From: Eledone cirrhosa | Lineage: Eukaryota | DNA: 64,000 nt | Reading direction: 5' to 3' | Assembly (NCBI GenBank): GCA_964016885.1 | Contig: OZ024742.1 | Coordinates: forward strand, 209,684,001 to 209,748,000 | Shown: one piece after another, positions 53,301 to 64,000 of the stretch | Layout of the letters: each line of letters opens with the position of its first letter | Position numbering within the stretch: the first letter of the stretch is position 1 | Notes under the pieces: generated by a model | What the model was told of the DNA's origin: nothing | The model's input: the letters and a program-made list of their open reading frames with translations, nothing else | Database searches by the model: none | Translations under genes and position numbers: made by a program

Positions 53301-54810
53301 CGAGGTGATCGGCAACTTATTGGAGGAATATGAAAGGTTGACGGGAGCAAAACTTAATCCGGAAAAGTCGGTGGGCTTGCAACTCAGCACCTGGAGAAGC
53401 AAGTCCATGCCGTCCAACAGCGTCGTTAGGCGCTGGACGGACGGACCGGTAAAGTTGCTCGGGGTTTGGTTCGGGCCAGACCTCCAGGTGGATAAGATTT
53501 GGGACGAGGTGACGGGCAGGGTAGCCAGTCTCACCCAGAAATGGGCTGGAAGGAAGCTATCACTGAAAGGTCGGGCGGAGGTGGGAAACGCGTACATCGC
53601 GTCCGTCATCTACTACCGTCTGACTGTCGTCCCTTGCCCCCGTTCGCGCCTCGCCATCTTGGAGCGGCTCCTCTTCAAATTCTTGTGGAGGGGTCAGGTT
53701 CCGCTGGTGAGGCGGTCCATCTGCTGCCAGCACCCTCTACGCAGAGGGCTGGGCGTGCCGTGGATAATGATGCGCAGACACGCGCTGAGGCTGCGGCATC
53801 TCCAGATATTCTGCCTAAACGGTGAACAGGTGTGGTCGCCGTTTGTCAGACGGGCCTTTCCGCAGCTCGTCTCTTTGACTGAGCTGCAGTCCTGGGTCAA
53901 GAAGAGACCGAGACTGGGTGACTGGCATCTGTAATGTTGCCAGCCACTCACTGGCCTCTATCAGGGGGGTAGTGGAACTTCCACTCTTGAGTTCTATAGA
54001 AAATTAGTGGTGGGCAAGTGCGACGATGCACGCGGAGAGGCTCCGGGCGTCGACGAAGTCGAACTAACCAGTCTGTTCCGGAGGACTTTCGAGCCGGGGA
54101 CGATGGATAATTTCCAAAAATCCCTCGCTTGGCAGTGCTACCGGGGGGCACTGCCGGTTCGAGATAAACTCTAAAGGCACGGAAGTGCTGTCAGACGGAC
54201 CTGCCCAAGATGCGCGACGAAACCTTTATGCACGCACTCGTCCAGTGTCCTTGCATTATTGACTTGTGAAGTTATGTCGAACAGCTGTTGTCGCGTGTAG
54301 AACGGGGCCGGCTATCGGCCGAGTCCATAGTGAAGATCGACCCGCCGCTTTCCTTTGGCCAGGAATGGCGGGCAATTTTCCTCTGTCTGGTGGCAGTAGC
54401 GAAAAAGGTTGCATGGTGGACGATGTTGAAATGACTGAAGACAGACACTTTTCTCTTCGGCCAATCCCTCATCAACTTTTTCAAGTTTCACTTGGAAAGG
54501 AAGGTGTAGGTGGAGAGAGAAGTGCTGCCCCCCAGTACATTTGCTGAAAGGTGGGTGAATGTGGCGAGAATGGCTCGTGTGAGTGAGCCTACTCTGGTCA
54601 TGCGCCTGTAGGTGGGTAAATTTGAGGAGGAGAAGGGTGCCCTTCCAGGGTGCTCTCGAAGCGTCGTGTCGTTCAGGATTGGTGGGATACCTGAGCGAAC
54701 CCTGTGTGGTCATCCCCTCTATTGGGGAATTTTTCTTTGTTGTATTTTTATTGTTACTTTGTTATTGTTATTCATATTGTTTACTCGATTTTTCTGTAAA
54801 ACCCCACTGT
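50321..54810 (+). mobile_element. Tx1 LINE with 5' end, ORF1 type B, ~1.3-kb ORF2 deletion, 3' tip missing
   Basis: ORF1 homologous to 10328-11390; ORF2 from ATG 52495 jumps from APE RLVAVY to RT GDLVGEAQTCAIP at about 52830; AYADD present. Confidence 0.92.
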
Positions 54811-55165
54811 AAAATATTTTAGTATACATATATTTAAAATGATTACGAAATTACTGGACTACTGCATTTAATTCATAAAACTGTTAGCTTTTTTTATTTA
54901 CACACATTTTATATAAAATGATATTCAATGTATAACATTTGAATATCATTTAAGATACAGTTTCTTTTCACATATTTACTTCTACTATTGAATGCAGGTA
55001 TTTAGTAGTACTCACACACACACATGCACACATACACACACATACACACACGCACATATATGTGTGTGTGCGCGTGTGTGTATAATTTATATAGTTATAA
55101 GTACGCTTACGTACACATATATACATACACACATGCAAACACACACGTACACATATAGACATACA

Positions 55166-55208
<43 letters not shown>

Positions 55209-55569
55209 ATATATATAGAGAGAGAGAGATATACATGTGTGTGTGTAAGTACGTATGTGTATGTATGTATTCTATGTGTGTGCATGTGTATTCTTTTGTA
55301 GGAATGTTTAAAAGAAGAAACGCGAAATGAAACTTCAGAGGTAATACATTCTTTTGAATGTATAAAAACTATGAATCGTGTAGCGTTACCACAATTATTT
55401 ATCAAAGTAAGAAATGTGACGCAAAACACAAAAGCAAATTATGTACATGTGTGTCATTCTACTTGTGTGTTTGAAGTTTTTATCTATATCTCTGAGGTAA
55501 TTTATATACTTATAAGTATGCTTATGTACATAAATCTCTTCATATATAAACTTGTATTATATATGTATA

Positions 55570-55717
55570 TACATACATGCATACATACATGCATACATAC
55601 ATGCATATATACATACATGCATACATACATGCATACATACATACATACATACATACATACATACATACATACATACATACATACATACATACATACATAC
55701 ATACATACATACATACA
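55570..55717. repeat. (TACA)n tetranucleotide microsatellite
   Basis: Direct observation. Confidence 0.95.
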
Positions 55718-56412
55718 TGTACATTACATCCAATATCTTCAGTTAATGTATACTATAATACTATCAGGAAAGTATATTGCTATATATCGATCTTAATCTT
55801 CCTTTAGCTCCAAATTCTTCCAATTTCCGAAAGTAAATAGAGAAGTCGTTCACGAAAGATGTATTCATTTTTGTGACAAATGCTCTTTATACATGAAAGG
55901 CCTGCAACACACTTTTTTTTTATCTATTTCACTAAGTTCACATAGGGTCTTAAATTATTCCTGCCACCGATCCGCTATGGAACAAAAGTTCTTTTCACAT
56001 TTCTTTACTTTCATTATATCCAAATGTGGTTCGATATCTTCGTGTTTCTTTTATTTTCCTTAATATTGCCTCCATTTCAATATTTCATTTCATCCTCCAT
56101 ATTCAACAAAAATACATTTACCATTATTTCTGGCACCAATATATATATTTACTTGTTCTCAACCAGCTTGAAATATTTTTTTTATTTCCTCTATATTTCA
56201 GTTTCCTTTCTATAAGTCGAATATTGTCCTTTCTATAGGTCATTATATTTACGAATATTCTTCCATTTCAAAATTTGCCAATAATTTACTCCAGCCTAAT
56301 ATTGAAGAAAAGACAACTACTACTCTCCTATTACAGATTTCGTTTTCCTTGATTTAGCATTATTTGATATGATATAATCAATGAAAATGTTGAAATTGCT
56401 AGCTAATTGACA

Positions 56413-56489
<77 letters not shown>

Positions 56490-56564
56490 AAAGTTCTATT
56501 TAAATTGTTGGGATACAAAAAGCAAATATTTTTATAACTGATACAACAAATAATTGGAGTAAAA

Positions 56565-56765
56565 ATACGATATTAACAAATGGAAACTATATTTATAAAA
56601 CCATATTTATTTCATTATACATATTTCAAGGACACCAAGTTAAATTATAGTGTGCTTTCAATATTTTATCTGATGAAAGCACACCATAATTTAACTTGGT
56701 GTCCTTGAAATATGTATAATGAAATAAATATGGTTTTATAAATATAGTTTCCATTTGTTAATATC

Positions 56766-56769
<4 letters not shown>
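56565..56769. repeat. Near-perfect palindrome (96-bp arms, 13-nt loop) between (TA)n tracts
   Basis: 56565-56660 is the reverse complement of 56674-56769, with one mismatch seen. Confidence 0.95.
56663..56725 (+). ncRNA. Minimal hammerhead ribozyme
   Basis: ATTTTAT-CTGATGA-AAG.ACACCA...TGGTGT.CTT-GAAA-T-ATGT-A-TA-ATGAAAT. Confidence 0.75.
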
Positions 56770-56825
<56 letters not shown>

Positions 56826-56972
56826 ATGACCATAACAAAACTGCGACTAGCTTTTGATTCCAGAGTCAGGCCAGATCAATCCAGATCGAGCCATGTGTTG
56901 ATCAATCGCGAAACGCGCATCACACCTCAAATGTAATGAAGATCTAGCACCTCGCCATATTTATTATTATTA

Positions 56973-57012
<40 letters not shown>

Positions 57013-57783
57013 GAGTTAAACAATATTCAATGAGTATATCAAAGAATGACTTTTACAGTAGATTGGAAGCACTCTATGGAAAATCATTTTCCAGAGTTAT
57101 TAATATTAAAATACAAATATTAATAAAATAGATGTTCTTTTTATCAATTACATTTTATTATACATATTTCGGATGTACAACAGTACGTCCTCATCAGACA
57201 AAATATAATGATATATGACATACCCTGAGATGTTAAATGGTTAAGATTTAATCAAGGTAGTGATTAACCTAAGAGAAAGTTTAACATTTATACCCTAATA
57301 ATGAGAAAATGCGAAAACGTAATAAATTCAATAGAGAATGTGTGAGTAAGAAATACATTGCATAATGTAACAGTTATAGAGATTTTAAAATGTATGATAC
57401 TACAATTTATCAGGGAAAGCGGTCAATGAGAGCCGCTGAGATAGAAGGAGATTTTCCGAAAGTTAAACGGTTAAGTTTGAAAATATTTAATTTATGCTAT
57501 TTTAGGGTGAAGAATCAAGATTTTAGGGGTGGGGGGGGGGGGTTAAATTGCAGGTTATTCATTAGTTTTGTAAATTCAATAAGTGTTTTAACATTTCTAA
57601 ACTTCGGAATTTTATGAGGATAACTTTTAAAGGTATTAGCTGGCCAGCGGAAAATAAAGTTTACACTGTCGAATATTTTTCTAAATGTAAGTTTTACCGG
57701 AGATTTTCATTGTCAACATATATAATATGTAAATCTTATGAAGTTTTTATTGTTAGAAATATTTAAATAACTATTATGTATAT

Positions 57784-57896
<113 letters not shown>

Positions 57897-58682
57897 TGAG
57901 CCTGTATATTTTAGGTAAATGATAACGAAAATAAAATTAAGATAATAGATTTAGGCATGCTAAAGTTAAATATATGCGTATATATAAAAGGGTGTAAATG
58001 CATTGATTATTCATAGTTCAAAATAAATGATAATCAATAAATTTAACTAAGAATTATGTATAGAATGATACATGGAGGTTTATATTGATATAAATTAGGT
58101 ATTATTGATACAGTATACTTTAAGTAAATGATAAGGGTTATAATTTTATATAATAAGGTTAGAAACGTGTTATAGTTAAATATATATATATATATATATA
58201 TAAGAAAAGCAAGGAAAGTTTACACTGTTGAATATTTTCCTAAATATAAACTTTACCGAAGATAATCAATTGTCAACTTATAGTATGTAAATCTTATGAA
58301 GTACTTATTGTTAGAAATATTTAATTAACGATTATGTATATAGATATTTATTAATGAGCCAGTATTTTAGGTAAATGATAACGAAAATTTATTATAGATT
58401 GAGGCATGCAAAGTTAAATATATACCGATATAACAGGGTGTAAATGCATTAATTATTCATAGTTCGAAATAAATAATATTCAAAACACATGAAAAATTCA
58501 CAGTTAGAAATAAATTCCATAAAAATGTATGGGTTGGATATTAAACTAAACTTTAAACCTTAGATAGGAAGATAAAGATAGAGAAATAAAGAAATAATGG
58601 TATGGATCAAAATTAATAATTATAATATTATGTTATGTATATCAATGTTCCGGCATGTTTTTAACAAGTGTTTTTCATTCAA

Positions 58683-59066
58683 ATAATTGTTTCTACTTTA
58701 GGCACAAGGCCAGCAATTACCCAGTGCACTACTGATACTTTATTTTATCGACCCCGTAAGGATGAAAGGCAAAGTCAACCTCGGCAGGATTTGAACTCAG
58801 ATCGTAAAGGGACGTAACTATGCTGGAAAGCATGGCGTCCGACCCTCTACCGATACTGCCAATTCACCGCCCTTTTCATTCAAATAATTGTTTCTACTTT
58901 AGGCACAAGGCCAGCAATTATCCAGTGCATTACTGGTACTTTATTTTATCGACCCCGTAAGGATGAAAGGCAAAGTCAACCTCGGCGGGATTTGAACTCA
59001 GATTGTAAAGGGACATAACTATGCTGGAAAGCATGGCGTCCGACCCTCTACCGATACTGCCAATTC
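58683..59066 (-). mobile_element. Two tandem near-identical tRNA-derived SINEs
   Basis: 58683-58872 and 58884-59066; TTCAAATAAT occurs before, between and after them. Confidence 0.9.
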
Positions 59067-59804
59067 AAATAATGATACTAAACCAAAATGTAATTGTAGA
59101 AATAAAACTGATTGCCCTTTGCAAAATAATTGTCTAGATAGTAACTTGGTTTATAAATGCACCGTAAAAACTGAACGCAACACATACAACTACATAGGAT
59201 CGACGACTTCTACATTTAAAGCCAGATTTGCGAACCATAAATGCTCTTTCTCGAACTCCAAGAGGAAATCATCCACGTCTTTATCACAGCTCATATGGTC
59301 TTTAAAAGAGAGGAATTTAAAATACTCCATTCTTTGGACTAAACTTCGGAACTGTGGAGTATACCGCAACTCTAGTATATCAAATATATGCGCACTCTGT
59401 ACAATTGAGGCCCTGTTGATTATTAATAACTATGAGACCCTAATTAACAAAAAGAGTGAATTATTCTCTAGTTGCCTCCACAAAGCTACGTCCACATTCT
59501 TAGCCTCCCACAAAACGAGAATAAAAGAGAGAGAAACACTTAACCATTAAAAACTTGGTTGTCAGACGTATATAATCAACAGGGAAAAACATTAATGGCC
59601 TTTAATATTGCATTATCTAATAATCTATCTATAGAAGAAATAACGCTTGAATGAAAATCACTTGTTCAATAACAGTGTAAACTTTATTTTCCGCTGGCCA
59701 GGTAATTCCTTTATTAGGGTATAAATGTTAAACTTTCTCTTAGGTTAATCACTACCTTGATTAAATCTTAACCATTTAACATCTCAGGGTATATCATGTA
59801 TCAT

Positions 59805-59863
59805 TATATTTTGTCTGATGAGGACGTACTGTTGTACATCTGAAATATGTATAATAAAATGTA
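59805..59863 (+). ncRNA. Minimal hammerhead ribozyme; inverted copy at 57149-57207 (-)
   Basis: ATTTTGT-CTGATGA-GGACGTAC-TGTT-GTACATC(C/T)-GAAA-T-ATGT-A-TA-ATAAAAT. Confidence 0.8.
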
Positions 59864-60009
59864 ATTGATAAAAAGAACTTCTATTTTATTAATATTTGTA
59901 TTTTAATATTATATATATATATATATATATCTTCAATGATGTGCGCGTATATGTGTGTGTGCATGTGTGTGTATCTGTGTACGTGTGTGTGTGTGTGTGT
60001 GAGAGAGAG

Positions 60010-60830
60010 TTCCTAGATCAATTTTCTATAAAGTAGCCGATTACATTAAAAGTTAGCCCAAATAAAATAATTCCTACCGAATGAAAAATATGCAAACCCC
60101 ACTGCAATATTTTCTAAAGAAACTCCCTTCGGATTCCTTTGTTTTAAATATTGGAGATTATGAATATGCAATATAATCTCACAAATACATCCTCTCCTCC
60201 AAATAATACACACACACACTAACACATACACACAGAAACACATGCACACACATACACAAACACAATGATGACCCTTCAAATTTGATTTCAACTTAGGGAA
60301 GAGGTAGAAATCAGATGGAGCTAGATCTGAGTTGTAGGGAGGATGTGGAAGACTGTGATTGTTTTTCTTCGCCAGAAATTCTCTAATTGAAAGTGCTGTG
60401 TGAGCAGCTGCGTTATCCTGGTGCGGACCCGCTATATCCTTATTCCAAGTCGTTCCAAGATATCTTTGTAGAAGGTAGGATTAACTGAGTACTGTGGAGG
60501 TAAAAATTCTTTGTGAACATTACCACGGTTTTCGAAAAAAAATGATAATCCTCGTTTTCACCCTAGATCTTCTATGTGTGCTTTCTTCGGACGAGAATGT
60601 TTGTCTCTGGATCGTACTCCAACGCCCAGGATTCATCTGTTATTACTTTATCCAAGAAATTTGGTTCAATGTCGAATCTTTCTAGCAAATCCTGACAAAT
60701 TTCCAATCGGTTCGCTCTTTGCTCCACTGACGAATGTTTAGGCACTAGTTTTGCACAAAGTTTTCGAATGTTAAAATTCTGTTAATTGCATCTTTATCCA
60801 AACCCCTTTCTTCTGTTTGTACTAATAAAT
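60010..60830 (-). mobile_element. Decayed mariner-type DNA transposon fragment
   Basis: Minus-strand remnants FLDKVIT-DESW..EYDPET, HQDNA.AH and PPYNSDLAPSDFYLFPKLK..LKG. Confidence 0.8.
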
Positions 60831-61048
60831 TGATAATTAATATGAGAGAATTCATATTTTTAGATTAGTGTGTGTTATGATTTTTTGGTCAGGTGTTGTT
60901 ATAACCCGAGTAGCAAGTGTTTAGACATCTATTTGTAGTCTCTGCGTTCACTGTGTTTTCTATGAAATATATATTAGTCATAGACTGTAACTCAAAAGCA
61001 TACAGGCTTATTAAACAAACGAGTATTAACACTAAAACTTTATAAACT

Positions 61049-61081
61049 ACTGCTTTACTACTACTACTACTACTACTGCTG

Positions 61082-61119
<38 letters not shown>

Positions 61120-61126
61120 ACTACTA

Positions 61127-61161
<35 letters not shown>

Positions 61162-61210
61162 ACTACTACTACTACTGCTGTTGCTGCTGCTGCTACTACT
61201 ACTACTACTA
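61049..61210. repeat. Compound (CTA)n/(CTG)n microsatellite
   Basis: Direct observation. Confidence 0.95.
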
Positions 61211-62019
61211 TGTATTGTTATTACGTTGAGTATTGTAACTACGTTCATTACTATACAAGTCTTGATGGAATACAAAAGGTTGTGTGTGAAAATTTGAACT
61301 GGAGGGGAATTGTAACTAAACCTATATTGTTAAATGCAAAACAAAAGTTTGAAGTTAGCATGAAGTTAAATTTCGGGAATGTACTTATTTTAGAATTACT
61401 GTTATCATTTCTTTCTGTTGTTATTAATGTTAAGCCTACGGTCTGCGCTGATTGGGCAGACCTATGATCAAAGGCTTTCCAATCATGACAATCCCATCTA
61501 TTTCTTTTACGCACTGGACTATATGCCCTATTTTTTAAAGGCAGTATGGTGTAATTTGTAAGTGAATTGACTGCTATTTCTGGCGTAGATGATCTCTGTT
61601 TGGCTGGAATCCTTATATTCGATTCTTAGGGACTATAGCGAACAGCAATTAAAAAAATAACTGTCGGTTCTGACATATTAATGGATTTTATTTTGCTTAG
61701 CTTCACAAATTCATTTAATTGGTAACTCATTCTGTTTACCATAAATCAAGAGAAATAAACCATGAATGTTTGATTCTGACTGCATCAATTATTGTTATGC
61801 CGCTCTTCAAATCTCTGAATCTAACAAATATTTCATTTTATATACATTTATTATATATCCCATCCCATTCTTTTATATTTCTCGCTACAAGATTCTTGTT
61901 GCATTTTCACAATTGTCCACTTTTATATATCGATGTCTATCTTCTCTTTTTCCATATAGCCCGCTTCAAACATACACACATGATATATACATATCTATAT
62001 AAACATATCTATGTACATT

Positions 62020-62132
<113 letters not shown>

Positions 62133-63233
62133 TTATATGTATATATATATGTATGTATACACATGTAGAAATAGACAAATATATATACGTATATACACAC
62201 ATGTAGAAATAGACATATATATATACGTATATACACCAATATCTGTACATGTGCCTCTGTGTATGTGTATGCTTAATGTATTTCGGTGTGTGTACATGTA
62301 CGTTTATATAGAAGGAATGCAAGGAGAGACATTGATAAAATTTATTATAGCGTTTTCCATCAGTGTATAATAGGCTTCCTAGAATATTTAGTTGGTTATA
62401 AATATACTTCCATACACACATATCTTCTCAGATCAGAATATCAATACACACTTACGCGCAAACACACAGAAACTAACTTTCATATTATACATATAATATA
62501 TATATACATACATATACTATATAAAATTAACGAAGATCGCTGGTATTAATTCAACGGACCCGGCCAACGTCTAGCTCAGTCAATGTATTTGTTGAATTGC
62601 AGTAATGGAGCTGCAGTCAGCTGTTCAGAGTGTACACATTTAGTTTTAGCAGATTCAGTGGCGGTGTTTAGGTAGAGAGAAAGGTGAAATTCTCATCCCT
62701 ATACATATATATGTATGTGTGTGTGTGAGTATATATATGTGTGTGTGTGTGTGTATGTGGATGCGTGTGGGTGTGGGCGTATGTGTGTGTGTGGGGGGGG
62801 GTGTAGCGAAGCCTCAACATATTTTTTCCCCGATGGTTTTCTTAGCCTCCTACATTTGACTACTAAATGACTGACTTGTGAATAAAGAGTCAACAACCTA
62901 GATAATATTCTCCTGTAGGTGGCTCAGAGCATCAAGGTGTCCGAAAACAAAAACAGTTGAAATCGTCATCGATTTAATGTTTGGAGAAACCTAAATCTTA
63001 TATATAAGAGATTTCGACCCAAAATATAGTCTTCTTTTCGACTCCGCAAAATATAGTCTGCTTCCCGACTCAACAGCGGATAGCTGATGGGATCTGCACT
63101 AGTTTAGATTGCTACCAACGCAGGTTAGTAAATATTACTACCATGGTATTCTACATTTGCTCACATAACACTGCTTCTATACTTACATCGTTTTACTTTG
63201 CTCATTGCTGCACATGATTCTGAAGTAAGTCAT

Positions 63234-63716
63234 CTATCTAAGGCGGGTAAAATTCCCGAGATCCATGGACGAGTTCTCTCCAGCGGTCTCTGTCCCTCAT
63301 TATCGCTGCCATGTCCTGCGTCTCCAACAGACCAGTGTCTGTCCTTAGGGCATCAACATACGTTAACCTTGGTCTTCCTCTTCTAGTGTATCCATGTAGG
63401 GGCTCCCAAAGGAGCACTGAGTGCAATGTCAACTCTGGATGTCGGTGAGCATGTCCAGCTAACCTCAGTCTCCTCTGTGTCACTTTTGAGCTGACTTTTG
63501 GGATGCTCCCATACAGCTCTGAGTTTTTCATCCTCAGCTTGAGATCGGTGTGGAAGTCGGACCTTCGTAGAGACCTGAAAGTCCGCCTCTTCATTGCTGT
63601 AGTGGAGTCTGTGCTGCTGTATGGGTCTGAGACTTGGACACTGACCAAGAAACTCACTCAGATGGTGGATGGGTGCTACACGAGAATGCTGAGGATGGCT
63701 CTGAACATTAATCAGT
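63234..63716 (-). mobile_element. RTE LINE 3' fragment with 5' inversion and 11-bp TSD
   Basis: 63234-63537 is the 3' end on minus; 63538-63716 on plus encodes the adjacent upstream segment (ESVLLYGSETWTLTK...YTRMLRMALN); TSD AAGTAAGTCAT at 63223-63233 and 63717-63727. Confidence 0.9.
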
Positions 63717-64000
63717 AAGTAAGTCATGTTAGAAATAAAAACATCTAAATTAATGGAGTCTTGTTCATTTGTTAATTCTCATCCATGTGATTTGTGAAAA
63801 TCATCTTCCCCACAGTAATATCACATCACACCACAACAAGCAAGTACAACTACGTGTTTCCTCAAACATGGCAAAACTTCTCTCGACTCCCTGATACATA
63901 CTTCACTTACTCACTTGCAATTACTCAACCAACAAGCTACTTACTCATCATCTCGCATTTCATCACTACCACTACAAATGAAAAAAATCTATCAGGCAAC

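Overview
AT-rich eukaryotic, non-genic DNA, probably cephalopod/octopus (inferred from microsatellite load and SINE type, not verified). No host protein-coding gene is supported. The window is a nest of decayed retroelements: six Tx1/L1-clade LINE copies or tails, three R4/Dong-type RLE LINEs, three RTE fragments, five Penelope-like elements (four with a Naiad-type CxCx5C linker, decayed in one) with hammerhead ribozymes in their termini, about ten copies of one tRNA-derived SINE, a mariner remnant and many microsatellites. Most short ORFs in the track are microsatellite or antisense artefacts. The most interesting signal is an apparent (ATT)n-centred retroelement system. The SINE and the Tx1 LINE share a ~30-nt 3' end and (ATT)n tail. 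Tx1 and Dong insert into (ATT)n in opposite orientations, and twice a 5'-truncated Dong is fused head-to-head with a 5'-truncated Tx1 with no spacer. Also notable: conserved splice-donor/hairpin signals at the Tx1 ORF1 stop, a U3-A8 compensatory hammerhead variant, and a hammerhead inside a 96-bp palindrome. All calls come from reading the sequence by eye; boundaries are approximate.
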